DNA from: Tubiluchus corallicola
Taxonomy: Eukaryota > Animalia > Priapulida
Direction of reading: 5' to 3'
Length of the DNA stretch: 64,000 nt
NCBI GenBank assembly: GCA_030141605.1
Contig: JAQGDQ010000352.1
Coordinates: 184,378-248,377, forward strand
The first letter of the stretch is position 1; each line of letters starts with the position of its first letter. A program made the translations under genes and the position numbers. This document shows, piece by piece, positions 1-13,806 of the stretch. A model generated the notes under the pieces. The model was given only the letters and a program-made list of their open reading frames with translations. It did not search any database and was not told the DNA's origin.

Positions 1-1415
1 TCTGCAAAAACCCAACAAACAAAAGTTAACCCCTTTATCTTAAAAGGGCTGCTTTGGATTCTAAGTACTGACAAGACAAGAAAATATGATTTGCCTAACT
101 GGCCTTGTAGCCGCAGTTTAGCCAATGAAGGTTATCTCTTAACTATAAAATTAGCCCCAGTTTGAAACACCAGCGTTTTTATAAATAAGGACAAAGGAAT
201 TCGAAAAGCACAGCATCTTGATGAACATAGGATCACATAAATATGGACCACGTAAATATATTAAAATTTGAAAAGCTGCTGCAATACAGCAAAAATTTAA
301 TTTCTGACCAGAAGAGGACACCACAAAAAGATCATGCGTAATTGTCGCTGTATCATATTGCCAAAAATGCGCCTTTAATAAAAAAAATCACTAATACTTC
401 ATAACTCAAGCTGCCATCACCACCATTTTTACTTCTTGTACTAATATAGTTGGTTTAGTAACTACGAATCAAATTAACTAATTAACTATAATTATTTAAA
501 ATTTTGCAAAAAATCCATAAATTTTTCATTTATACGAAATAACTCACACTCATGTCAAATTTTGTAAAACTTTGAACGTAACTTAAATCTAGTATTAGTT
601 TAATCCTAATCTTAATATAATTGAATTAGCTGTTAATTAGCTTGACTTATAGTCGTGCGAGTAAAAAGATGGCGTTCCTTGAGCCAGTCAGGCCAAAAAC
701 AATCTAAAAAGACATGACCGAATTCAGAAAACACTGCATCGTGGCTAAAGGAGCTCCACCTTCCTAATTTTACTATTGCTGAATTAGGTCTAATTAATCA
801 TATTGATTAGTGGCGCCAATTATACGTATTACAAGTATGTAACTAAAGGCAGGCAGCAACTTGAACATTGAAGTAGAAGTAGCACGTTATCTTCATACCA
901 AATAGAAATGATGTGTCAGTTAAAAATAAATAAATTTTTGAGGTGGAAACAAACTTTCCGCTTTACAACACCATGCATAAAACTTTAACAATTACATATC
1001 CTGCCCTGGCTAATTCTGCATTTAGAGCAGAACGGCAACGGGCAATTCTTAATCCAATCTTACGTTTGTTGCTTAGGTGCTGCCCTCTTTGCATAAATCT
1101 CGAAACTAACAAAACTACGCGGGCAAAATTACATCATTGTGATAATGCCCAACTAGGTGATTAATCTATTTGATTCTGTCAGTACATCGAGCAGTTTCAC
1201 AAAAAGTAAATTATAACTGACAAATAATACAGAAATTCCCGAAAAATTTCACTCAAAACTTACTTGTAATTGTGGAGTTTGAGAAAACCGCATTGTTGAC
1301 GAACTAAATTTCATTTCTGTTAACTTTAGCGAAAAATAGTTACAATAGCGCCTACAGAAAAACAACAAAAGTTCCTTGACTAAATTTCAGGGAGGGAGGG
1401 AGAGAGATTAAGAGG

Positions 1416-1427
<12 letters not shown>

Positions 1428-1484
<57 letters not shown>
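1428..1484. repeat. (GA)n microsatellite preceded by a short (GC)n run
   Basis: Direct reading of the sequence. Confidence 0.95.
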
Positions 1485-1486
<2 letters not shown>

Positions 1487-2884
1487 GATCTGCAACCTTC
1501 ATTCTACCAGAGTTGGTTCCTAGTGCAGAACCCTTGCCTGCTGCCTTGCACCCTAAACATGGCGGAACCTACCTTGTAACAAGCTTGACTACACGGTCTT
1601 CGCTGTTCTCCCCTTTTCATGGACTATGACTTAAGACTCCAAGTCACAGACTTATTGAAGCCAGTGTATTAATTTTGATAACTCAATTCCCAGTGGGGAG
1701 TTGTTGTTGTTGCTGCTGCCAACTTCGTCTTTTTGTATGCCCATAAATCTTGGCACACTTTTGCACCACTGCACCAGTGGCAGCAAGTGAGTACAGACCT
1801 TGGAGGGGGGTATTGAATATAATAATTTATTTTATAAGATAGCTGAATACAATAACATGTATAAAAATCAAAAGATAATTTCGGAAATCAGAAAAGAACT
1901 TACCAAACTAATTGCAGTAATCCAATAAATCATCTTGAACTGATCGATAATTTCTTGAAAATAGGGCAATCTGATTTACGTCAATAATAATGATGATTCC
2001 GCTTTGAATCTAAAAAATTCAATAACGAATCTGTGCGTTTTGTATTTTAATGAGTCAAACTTACTCAAGCAATTTTAATGTAGACTTAATGTATGCATGA
2101 GTCTGCATTGCATAATACTATATATCAAACAAACAATGTAGTATTATAGTAGCAGCAGTAACAGTAGTATAAAGAATTGAAAAAATCAAAAATTAACTAC
2201 TTTAATAAGTAGAAAATTTACATTTCAGAAATCTGGGAAAATCATTGTTAGATCAGAAACCTACACTTTATAAACCTTTCAACGCGAACTTTCATTTATC
2301 AAAAAACATAAGAAGAACCGGTTTTTATGTGTTCTTATTTTGGCTAAAAGATTTGACATTTAATTCTGGCTAAGGCAAGAAAGTAATTTTTCATGTAATT
2401 TGCTTTAATTTTGTTAAAACAAAGAACTAATTTATTAGAAATGGTTAAAAAGGAAAAGAACATTTTATACGTGGCTAAAGTAACGAATTTTTTAGCGCTT
2501 TTATGCAATTTATGTTATGCTAAGTCTATATCTTTAGTAACGTGCACACCGCGAAAAAAAACTTCTTAGTGTAAATTATTAATTTGTACATGCGTTGTAC
2601 GAAAATTATTTCGCAATATTTTAAACTAAGAATGAACGTCCAAATACGCGGAACGCGATATTTAATAATATAAATGGTTTTAATATAATACTATAAATTT
2701 TAATAATGTAAGTACAACATACATCATAGGTTATTAAAATGATAAATTGTATCTAAAACCTTCGCTGATTACGTCTTTATTAAAGTGTTTGTGAAATGCG
2801 TCTCCTCGGTAAGCAAAGTTTTTCTCGGATTATTCGTTAGATACAAATCACCATTTTAATAATCTATAATGAAATAATTGTTAA

Positions 2885-3514
2885 AGGAAGACAGGATAAT
2901 TTTTCATATACTACCTCGGTAAGTATATATATCCCATTTTCAAGTTCGATAAAGTATACATTTTAACACGATTAATACTGCAAAAGCATTTCTAATAATT
3001 AAATAATAGATTAAAAATTTAATTAACGGTGGACGAGCCCAACTATTGATGACATCACAAACTAACATAATTTTCAACAGCAAAAATATTCTACGAGCGT
3101 GTTGCACGCTGTTTGCGAAAGCGAAAATTGAAGTACAGTGCTACTGTAAGATATTCAGTGTGTTGTACTAAAACTAGGCATGTTTTAAGATAAAATTTCA
3201 AATTTCAAATTCACCACTATGCTCACCCATGAGCTGTTGAACGTGCGTAGTTCGTCAGAAACTAACATATCTGAACTGAGAGGTGTGTACCCGTTTTTGC
3301 ATAATGCGTTTCTGAAAAGCGCTAATGCCCGTCTAACTAGCGAATGGCGAAATGCATGTAACAGCGAAGAATTACTGGTGCGAATGCGAAATTGTATTTG
3401 TGAGGTAATAATTCTTTCACGTAAGTCATTCTTTAAAAAATAGTATGTTTTCTTTCAATAATTTAAAGAGTAGATTGTTTTGACCTACAGTTTAATATTG
3501 GGTCCGGTTTTGCT
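2885..3514 (+). mobile_element. Non-autonomous TTAA-flanked DNA transposon (Kolobok-like MITE), copy 1 of 5
   Basis: Begins TTAA|AGGAAGAC and ends GGGTCCGGTTTTGCT|TTAA. The internal sequence (aagtacagtgctactgta, gcgctaatgcccgtctaactagc, gtcattctt) recurs near 8.8, 11.8, 26.4 and 59.2 kb. A TTAA target with AG...CT termini is the Kolobok signature. Confidence 0.75.
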
Positions 3515-4399
3515 TTAAGTTATCGTTGCAACTAATTTTTATACCTGTAAGAGCACTATGGTGTCTATTGTGCCAACACTCCCTTTTGTCACTTTGGTTA
3601 CATCCTACTTGTGACTTAGGCATTACTACTTAACTGTTAGCCTCCGTCCAATCTGAGCTTTCCTGTTGTAAGTCAGCTGTAACATTAGCACCTTTAGCTG
3701 ATGAGTCTGTTGCTATGAAACTTCTTTACAGTTTTCAATAAATAGTTTATTTTGCCTATATCTGCGCAGTTTTGGTGTTCCCTGTTAGTGACATTACATG
3801 CCTGTGACGGAATAAGAGTATCTAAAATATTGTTTTGAATAAATACAAAATCTCAAAATACTCGTGGGACCAAAAGACGCATAATTTGTTACATTCAGGT
3901 TTTTAATACATTTTTAATTTATATGAACTATGAATTTCATTTCACACACCAAAAAATGCAATATCAAACACATTAATAAACTTTAAATAAAAAAAATTTG
4001 AGTAATGCGAGGTGAGTGTACGACCATACGCTCATTAACACACTCACCTTACTTAGTAACCACCAAGTAACTGATGTGATAATAGCAATGGTATAAGAGC
4101 AATAAACCTGAAAGTTGAGAAAGGAAAACATATGTAATTACGACTTTGAGTGAGCCTTAAAGAGTGAAAAATTTTTTAAATAGTTACGAATATGAATTAT
4201 GTGATATCTGTCAATGCACCACTTAATTGTATTACAATGCACCATATCGCTTACTTGTATATACAATGATATACATATACACAGATATGTGCCCAAATTT
4301 AAGTGGAGGAGAAGAGATTATACATATTATACATTATACTTGTAGTAATAACTATAATTGTATAGAACATTTAAATATAAGTGATGGTAGTAATGTAAA

Positions 4400-6340
4400 T
4401 TATAAGAACATAAATGATTCATTAGCAAAATTAATGTTACAATAATACATTCAAAATTTTTTGTATCACTGGTATTTGCTGGTTATAAGCTAAGAGCAGC
4501 CAAGGGCTTATTTTCCAAGTGGAAACAGATACAGATATAGGCTGAGATGAATGAATAATTTCAGTTTAATTGGTTTATACCTTTATTAATAAAGTAACAA
4601 AAGTCGTAAAGATACCTATTAGTGAAACAAAAACATTAATGCAAAAAGACACACGTGCACAAAAAGAGAAAAAACGTCTGGTCTTCTACGCCATTGAATA
4701 TTTACTAATTAAATATCTTATATTGCTTGGTAGCTATTTTTAAAGAAGGAGAGGAAATGATTGTCTTGGGCACATTACTTCACAAAATAACTCCATTGTG
4801 CTGTAAGGTATTTAAGCCATACACTGTGTTAAATCGTGTTTGAAATTAGTGTCCCATACTGGAAGACCTGGTATAGTGAGAGTAAACATCTTTGATTAAG
4901 GTAAAGCAGTTAGTATATAGTTCAGGCAACTGCCGGTTATTAAACTTCAGGATTATTAAATAATTCAAGATTATAAATATCTTCTATTTTCAATAAAGGA
5001 AGGTGTATGTACGATGGTGTTGCAAGGTCTCTGTAATTGGCGAAAGTCATGTATTTAACTATTTTATTCTGAACTGTTAATAGCGGTTATAATAAGTATT
5101 TTTTTGTTTGCCACCAAGACAACACACAGTATTGGAGGTACGAATAGACTAATGCATGGTAGATCATTTTCAAAATAGGCAAATTAATGCAAAACTTAAC
5201 TTAACTTTGCAAAAATACCAGCTGTTTTGTTTAATTTTGTTGCTGTAGAGGAAATGTGGGTAGACCACTTCATATTGTTGTCAATATGCAATCCAAGGTA
5301 TTTTGTACTACTGATTAACACGTACTTAGTTTTAGTGTAATTAACAGATAATTTATTTGCTTTCATCCAGTCATCAATCTTTTTTAGTTCGTTGTTAGTG
5401 CGATGTTGTAAAGTTGAATAGTTAGTAGATGTGAGGAAGACATTTGTGTCATCAGCGAAAAGACGAGTGTTAAAATAGTAGCAAGAAGTACGTCATTGAT
5501 ATAGATCAGGAAAACCAGCGGCCCAAAAGTGGATCCTTGAGGTACACCACAGTTTATGTCTAGCAAATCACAGCATGTATTGGTAATAATGGTGAACTGT
5601 TGTCGGTTAGTTAAGTAAGATTTAAGGGCCTCTGATTCCATAATAATGTAATTTATGTAGTAGAATATCATGTTGGACTGTGTCAAAAGCTTTAGATAAA
5701 TCTAAGAATATTGCACAAGGGAATAGGTTTTTGTCTACATTTAGAAGCATATTTTCAAAAAATTCAGAAGTAGATAATGAAGTGGAGTAAGTTTTGCGAA
5801 AACCAAATTGAAATTTTGTTAGTATATTACATGAAGTGAGAAAATTGTTAATGCCATTACAAATAATATTTTCAAAAATTCTGGAAACTGGTGACAGGAG
5901 AGAAATTGGACGATAATTTGATAGGTTGTTTGGCGACTCATTTTTATAAAGTGGTTTTACTGTAGCTACTTTTAGACATTTAGGAAAGGCTCCTTCAGAA
6001 ACTGCCATATTAAATCATCAAGAAGGTACTGGGACAATTAAATCAGTTGCTAATTTGTAGAATTTAACTGGGACATTTTCTGGGCCAGGTGATTTATTTT
6101 CGTTAAGTTTATTAAGAGGCAACAATGTTTCGAATTCAGAGATAGGATAAAAGAAGACAAATTTATCATTTGGAGCATTCAGAGCAACTTGTGCTTTACT
6201 TTTAATTTTCAGTAAGCTATTGATCGTACTCCATTGCCTCTTAATATTATTTTTGTTTACAGTAAATAAATTGTCATAATATTCTCTTTTGGATTTTTGT
6301 TTAACGTGATTTAGTTTATTTGAATAAGTCTTGTAATAAG
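4400..6340 (-). mobile_element. Degenerate non-LTR retrotransposon (LINE, CR1/L2-like) ORF2 RT region plus 3' end
   Basis: Frameshifted RT motifs NYRPISLLS, QFGFR, IFLDLSKAFDTV, GVPQGS.GPL.FLIYIND, RLFADDT (~5447-5465) and KYLG. Boundaries are approximate. Confidence 0.9.
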
Positions 6341-6559
6341 TCCTTTTGAACAGCTGTTTAATAACTGCAATATAGGTTTTTAAATATCCTCAAACAATCT
6401 TCAGACATATGGCTGTGAACAGAGGCCTTGGATTAATATTTGCCTGTATTATTATTATTATTATTTATTTTATTTCCGACATTTAAAGTTCATAAAATAA
6501 GAATAAAAATAAGGCACAAATAAAAACAGAAAAACATAGTGAGCTTATAGACAAGAAAG

Positions 6560-7270
6560 GGTTAGTTAGAATGGGTAAATAAAATTCTTTGGCACAACTT
6601 AAAAATGTTCGATCTAAAATTGTATCAGTATTGTACAGCAATTTATTAATAACTGTATTCCGACTCAAAAACAGCCTACTTCTGAGACTAAACTCAGCGT
6701 TTCTACGTACGCAGGAATAATTTGGTACATTAAAGCTAACATACATTTGGCTTGCACTACACTCACTAGGAAGATTAAAGAATCCTTTAATGGCATTATT
6801 CTTTCAACATTTTCTTTATCGTGACTAAACCAGTGACTACTGCAATAAAACTCTGTACAAAATTCTACGAAACGTCTCAGTTTCTGAACCCCTTAATAAT
6901 GCAATTGGTTCCCGCACGTAATAAACCACGTAGACGTTTAATATTAAGATCATCTTGTAATGTGTTGGTGAAGATGTGACCCAGACATTTCTGGTCATTA
7001 ACAACCCTAACATTGGAATCATTTAGAACCACCCTAGAGCTGAAGAAGTCAGTACATCTTTTGAGTATGTAATATAAGCATTTGCTTTTATCAGAGTTAT
7101 AACAAATGTCACTTTCTAAAGCAAAATTTTCACATATATTAAGCAATTGTTGAAGCTGTGAAACTGAAGTATAGCAAAAACACAAAAATCATCAGCATAG
7201 GCTAAATGATTTAAAATAGCACTAGTGATTTTTGCACTGTTGAATCGTGCTGACAGATCGTAAATATTAA
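6560..7270 (-). mobile_element. Degenerate LINE RT fragment (second family)
   Basis: LNHLAYADDF at ~7188-7218, followed by 'LQQLLNIC..FA....I.YN..KSKC' and 'KCLG' in ORF 6877..7185. Confidence 0.8.
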
Positions 7271-8487
7271 GAAAATATGTCGAAAGGACTCATGCGTTTG
7301 TGGTATAAATTGTATATAAGTATATATGTATTTATAAAAAATAGATTTACAATGTACCGTCGAATATGATTTATCATCATCTTTATCATTCGGATTACGT
7401 ACTGTACCATTAGTTAGGTTTTAAATGATCGACTTGAAATCACAATTGAAATTAATAAATTCTGCATTATGAACCATTACGATTAAAGTACTATAAAATC
7501 AGCAGTGCCTATAACTGCAGACACGGAAAGTTATAATGCGTAGGGCCTATATGGACAATTAAAATAAATTAATTTAAGTAAAATTTATGCAACTAATAAA
7601 AGAGGTCGAAAGCCTTAAAGATTTTATTTTAGTTTTTTTTGTTTGTAAACATTTATTATAACATAATTGAAGAAACTGAACAATTGGCTTGTTTACAGTA
7701 TAACGCTTTGTAGGTCATAAGCACAAAATTTACAAGAAATTGTAATATCTGAATAAAATAACTGAGTCTGGAGTCTGACACGAGTAGGTGGTGTTATTTT
7801 GCAGTTCAGGAAAGTTTCAGTAAAACTATTGTCCACTGTTAGTTGAATCCTTATCAGCACATGAGATTTTCGGGAGTAGTGGCAAGGTAACAAATTCCGG
7901 AAGATTTTTCAACTGCAAAGAATTCCATTGAATCGCACCAAAAATTTCCAAGATTTTTGAAGTCAGCCACTAAAGTTCAGGAATTCTGAAATTCCCTGTC
8001 CAGTGCTAGGATTGCAGATAGTCTAAGTGTTTGAAAGCAAAAAACAACAATAATGTAAACTCAAACGTAAAAAAAACCAGCAGAGTCACAAAATACACTG
8101 TTAATCACTATTAAAGAGGTATAGTATTTTCAACAGTTATAACGTACAGTAAGTTATCGTAATATAACCAAAATTCTGCAAATATTGCGCTGAAGTAGTT
8201 TTTGGTTTACATTGTATTTTTTTTGGTTTTGAGAATGTACTATTTACAATATACAGGGATGGCGGGGGTGGGGGTGGGGGGGACGGGGTTTCGGGGTTGG
8301 TAGAAATTACAGTCAAAGCCAAAACCTGTTACCCTCACATCTTTCAATTAAATTACAATATAGACACATACTAGAATATCACATGAATAATTCATTACTC
8401 ATTTTATACTACAATACTTTGACGGTAATTTACGCAAGTACACGTGTGTCAAGCTGATTGTTTATTGCCAAATTTATTCTGTCACAG

Positions 8488-8655
8488 GTGTCGGGAAGCC
8501 AACGAGTAAATGCCTCGTCAGTACTATGCACAGCTGCTGGGAGAATCATTGGAAGCTAAAGCATCCTCATCATTTGTTAAATATCCTCATCTGTTTGTAT
8601 TCGTTCTCTGTCATCAAGGAATCTCTAGGAGGAAAGACTCGTAAAGAGAAGCAAG
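8488..8655 (+). other. Candidate upstream (probably 5' UTR) exon of the cyclophilin gene
   Basis: Acceptor ttctgtcacag|8488 and strong donor CAAG|gtaaga at 8656, with higher GC than the flanks. The cyclophilin ATG at 13807 directly follows an acceptor (ttttgtag|ATG), which suggests an upstream exon. Confidence 0.4.
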
Positions 8656-8808
8656 GTAAGAACTAATTAAAATAACTGTAATGATAGCATGTACCGACTG
8701 TCTTGGGTTCTGATTTTTACCAGTTCATCAGTTGTTGCAGGTGTAAAGTTGAGTTACTTCGAATGCTAAATCAAACTCTGATACACAATTTTACTGGCCT
8801 AAGCTTAA

Positions 8809-9290
8809 AGGAAAAGGGGACCCAGTCTTATACTATAATTCAAAACAATTTATGCTATAAAATAAGGGGAACATAACATTTTTTTCTGGAATTACTGGTA
8901 TGAAAGAATTATTACCACAGAAACTTAATTTCACGTTCGCGGGGCTAGTTCCTCGCTGTTACGTGCATTGCGCCTGCATCTCGGAAACGCGTTGCACAAA
9001 AACAGGTACTTTACCTGTCAGTTCAAAGGTGTTCAGTTGTGATGCAGTGCACACGTTCGAGAGCTCATGCACGAGCACAACGATAAATTAGAAATTTGGA
9101 TTTTAAACTTAAAATTTGCCGAGTTTTTGTACAACACACTAAATGTTGTACAGTAGCAAACACGTGGAACACACTCATGGAAGGTTTTTGCTGTTGAAGA
9201 TAATGTTCAGTTGTGATGTCATCTTGGGCTCGCTCGCCATTAAACAAGTTTTTAACTTATTATCTAGTCATTACTGGAATTTGCTGGAAT
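8809..9290 (-). mobile_element. Kolobok-like MITE, copy 2 (inverted, far end eroded)
   Basis: TTAA|AGGAAAAGGGGACCCA is the reverse complement of the family terminus. Internal homology to copies 1 and 3. Confidence 0.7.
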
Positions 9291-9699
9291 ATTGGATAAA
9301 TTTATAAATAAATCCTGCGCATTATACAGGTCCGTTCTAAAAGAAACGGGGTACTTTCAAATGCTGTAAGCATACGTATGCCGCCCTTACAACGTTGAAT
9401 AAGTCTGTTAATATATATATAGCTCATTGACAAATTCGGCATTTTCTGCAGCCAAGTAAAATAGCAGAAAATTAATTGACATATAAAACAATTTGTCCAT
9501 TGACAAGCGAAACGCATCATCACATGAAATATAATTTTACTGCGATATTAACCTCAATCGTGAATATTTACAAAAGTTGAAAATTAATTAAAGATCATTA
9601 TTTCCACAAACTTTATCAAGTTTATACAAATATTTGGCTTTGTTTACAGTAAGTTGTGTGATAAAAGAGTTGATATGTTCAATATAGTGAGTGTATTTA

Positions 9700-11240
9700 G
9701 TTTCGCGACATTCTAAGACAGCATAAGTAAGAGTTTGCACAACATTCAAATCACAAAATTGACATATTCTATTTTCCCGTCTGGTCCTGCTCCACCTGCC
9801 AGTCTCAATTCGTAGATGGTGGTTTCCTACTCTGAATCTTGAAATGATTATCCTGTAATGTTCGGCGAGGGTGCTGTTATCATAAGGTAAGGTGGGTTTG
9901 GTCAGCTCGGGCTTTATACTACAATATACACCTTGTTACGAGTCTGGGTCATTTCTGAACGTAAGAAGTTGTTGGGGGGCATTATTTATACATTTTTTAT
10001 CAAAATAAGTCTTCATTTTCCTGCCAGTACTGAAATTTCGAAACTCATTGTTCTCGTAATGTTGAACATATTTGATGCGTTCTCTACGAGCAATGTTTAA
10101 AAGTCTACATGTATGATTATCAGGGTTATCTCGACAATATGTGCTCATTTTAACCAATAATTAAGTTGCAGTGATCTAACTTTTCCGAAAAGTGGTTTGC
10201 TGTCACTTTTAATATGTACTATCTCGTTTATAGTATTCTGATTAATACCTCAGGCAATTTTTAATGCTTTTCTATGTAAATTCTCTAGTTTAGTAAGAGA
10301 AGCACTACTCCAGCTTTCAGCAGAGTACATAAGTGATAAAGTAACACAAGCATTTAAAACTTTCATTTTTACATCAAAAGGAGCATTACGATGCCGTATC
10401 ACAAAGTTGGCAAATTTAACATTGATATTAAATGCTTTCATATCCTACAGTAATTACCTTTATCCGTGAAGACGACGCCTATGTTTGTATTTCTACACCC
10501 CCTTGCTTAACTGAACAAAACGGTTATCATCTTCATTATCCTTACCTATTACAAAGAAGCTACATTTGCCGGCATTTAGTATCATACCGCTGTCACAAAA
10601 ATAATTTTCAGCAGCTTTACACTTGTGTTCAAATGAAAGTACTTAAGATGGCTGTACCGTCAGCATGAACAAGAAAATACAGATCATGTAAAATCATTTC
10701 TGAATTACAGTTCATTTGCAAATAATTTGACATGTCATCTAAGAAAGCGTTAGAAAGTAAAACTGATGACGCAGCACCTTGTCGAATGCCAGAGAATGTT
10801 TCAAAACAATCGGAATATTGACCATTACAGTTTAAAGTACATTGCGTAAATAAATACAAAGACTTGCGTAAATAAATACAAATACTTAATGGCTTCATAC
10901 ATCACGTGACTGATACCCCATATACCAAGATGCTTCTAGGTACTTTGTCGAAAGCCTTTTCAAGGTCTATAAATGCAAGTTTAATTAAAATAGAGTTTAA
11001 TTATCAGTTTCTGTGCAACTGAGATAATTAACCGTAGCATAAAGACCTGGTCGACACATGACCCGCCATTTTGAAAGGCTGTTTGTTCTTCTCGGTCGGG
11101 AAGTCATAACTTCAGGCGATTTGCAATAATCTTGCCGTAAATGCTTGCTAGTACTGATAACATTTGTATGCCTCTGTAATTTTAGGCAGCGATAGATCAC
11201 CCTTTTTGGCAGGGCTGTGAGTAGGGAGCAAGTCATATTT
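9700..11240 (-). mobile_element. Degenerate LINE RT-to-3' region (third family)
   Basis: AFIDLEKAFDKV (~10942-10977), GIRQG, LVHADGT (decayed HADDT) and 'KMKVLNACV...LMYSAESW', with many frameshifts. Confidence 0.8.
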
Positions 11241-11758
11241 GTGGGTACTTTATATAAAAGAAAAGTTTCATAAAACCATCAGTATTAGGTACAGCACATG
11301 ATATGAACTTTTCGGAAAACCCCCTTTTTTCATTTCGTTTACTACGTTATGCTGAGAAAAAAGGGAGTTATGCATTTACTTTACAAAGTTCTTTTTGGAA
11401 CATGTTGCAATGGATCTACATTTGATTACATTGTTAAGCATATCAGCATATCTATACTGCACGTTCTTTTGAAGCGCCCTATACACTGTAGTGTGTAGTG
11501 ATTATTGATCACATTTTTTTCGGCAATTTGTGACTGTTTCACATGCAATTAATAACCGCTGAAATAATTTAGTTGCAAAGTAACAGCACAATAATTTCGC
11601 TTTCTTTACCACAAGTGACGTTTCAGTGTCCACATCTATACACTAACTGATTCTATATAGAAATATATAAATCATATATGAATCATCTTTTAATCATTTC
11701 GACTTAGCTAGTTGGCAGATAAACTACTTACTTGGCTCAATTGATTGGTATTTGTTAA

Positions 11759-12371
11759 AGGAAAACAGCATAATTTTTCATATTCTACCCCATTTTGAAG
11801 AAGGTTAAATTGCATATAATTTAGCACCCATAACAAAATTAAGTTATTTGATAACTAAATAATAAGTTAAAACTTAATTAACTGACGGTAAGCCCAACTG
11901 GTGTTAACATCCCAATTGAACATAATTTTTAACGGCACAAACATCCCACAAGTGTGTTGTACGTGTTTGCGAAAGCAAAAATTGAAGTACAGTGCTACTG
12001 TACAATATTCAGTGCGATGTACAAAAATTCGAAAAATTTTAAGTTTAAGATTTCAAATTTACAGCTGTGCTCACGCATGAGCTCTCGAAAGTGTGCACTA
12101 CGTCACGACTGAACGCATCTGAATTGAGAGGTGCAGTACCTGTTTTTGTGCAACGCATTTCCAAAATGCAGGCGCTAATGCCCATCTAACTAGCCAATGG
12201 CGAAATGCATAAAAACAGTGAAGAACTAGCCGCGCGAACGTGAAATTGCATTTCTGTGGTAATGATTCTTTCTCATAAGTCATTCTTGAAAAAATAGTAC
12301 TGTATGTCTCTTTCAGTATTTTAAAACATCGATTTCTTGTGCTGCAGCTTAAGATTGGGTCCGGTTTTCCT
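11759..12371 (+). mobile_element. Kolobok-like MITE, copy 3 (full length)
   Basis: TTAA|AGGAAAAC...GTTTTCCT|TTAA: 8-bp terminal inverted repeat with TTAA on both sides. Confidence 0.8.
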
Positions 12372-13806
12372 TTAAACTTAGGCCAGTGAAATTTTGTATC
12401 AGAGTTTGATCAAGCTCTCGAAGTCTCAGCATCACATCTGCAATTTCTGATGTAACAGGGTTAACATAGGTAGTGTAAAATGGGATAATGTCATGCACTA
12501 TCTGAGCTTCGAGGCTTAACTAAAAAGAGGTTTATTTAGTATAGGTTATTTAGTTTACTAATAAAGGAAAGGAAAAATACTTATATACCATTTTCTTACC
12601 TCTAGTAAAGCCAAAATATCCCACTTTTTCTCTCACAGTAAAGTATGTCACATTGTATTTTTAAATCATAATTATATAGATGTTAGCAATGTGTTGTATG
12701 TGGTCCGGAACACATGCTACCAGTCAATACTTGTGGTTCGGCGTCAGATTCAGAAATTCGACAAAATTTTCATTCACTATTTCTTGTTTTTCTTAATTCC
12801 CAATAAGGCGTATTACAATAAACCTGCATTTAAAATCAGGTAAACATTCACTTCAAGAACTCCTTAGTACAAAAATATTTTTCTTTGCTTTAAAATTAAT
12901 ATCGATTTATTTAAAAATGTGCAAATTGCTATGAAGCCATAAAAACTGGACAATTGAAGAATTTTAAAAAAATCAGGCTCTTGAACAACATAGACAAATT
13001 TACTGTTATAACGATGAAGCACCATTTATTTCACTTCCACTCCCACATTGTGATGGTGCGATCCATTACGAAGCCATTGCATACAAGTATAAAACCATTG
13101 GCATGGGATGCGATCACATTCCTGACACCAGTGTAACAATGCTGGTCTTCGCCGCCAGGGGTCTGATTGGTTACAGAAAGCATGGTTCCAGCCTTTACTT
13201 ATTCCTTCATATTTCGGATGGTCCGGGTTCGATGCCAGGATAATGATAAATTTTCTGAAGGTGTGTATTAGATATCAGCTACATAATTTAAAGATGCTTC
13301 AGAGTTGGACAGTAAAACGTCAGAAATTTATAGGAAGGGCAGGCCAGTGAACTTGTCTCGTCTGCCTCATGCCTCATGTCCATGCGTCCGTGAAACAGGT
13401 AGGTACTGTGATAGTAAAACACTTGTCCGTTTACCAGAAGAATCGACGAGGCCATTTCACATCAGAGTTTTATACTTGGTATACAGTACTGATATGCAAT
13501 GGCTTCGTAATAGGTCGAATTATCACTGTGTGGGGGTGAAAATAAATGGCATTTCACCGAATTAACGTTATTAAAAACTTGTAACTTTATAAGAATAAGA
13601 ATTCTTTTACCTTTATCAATTGTCAGCTTTTATGTTAGCTAAATATGACTACAATAAAATGTAGATATTTTTAATAAATTGGTTTCTCTCTGTGTTAGCA
13701 TGCAGTGATTCCTGCTTCATGAGAAAATGGCCTTTCTTCGTTTTTTCCAAAGAAAGAAATGTCTCAGTACTTTAAAAGTTAAAAATGGCTTTTGGTACTT
13801 TTGTAG

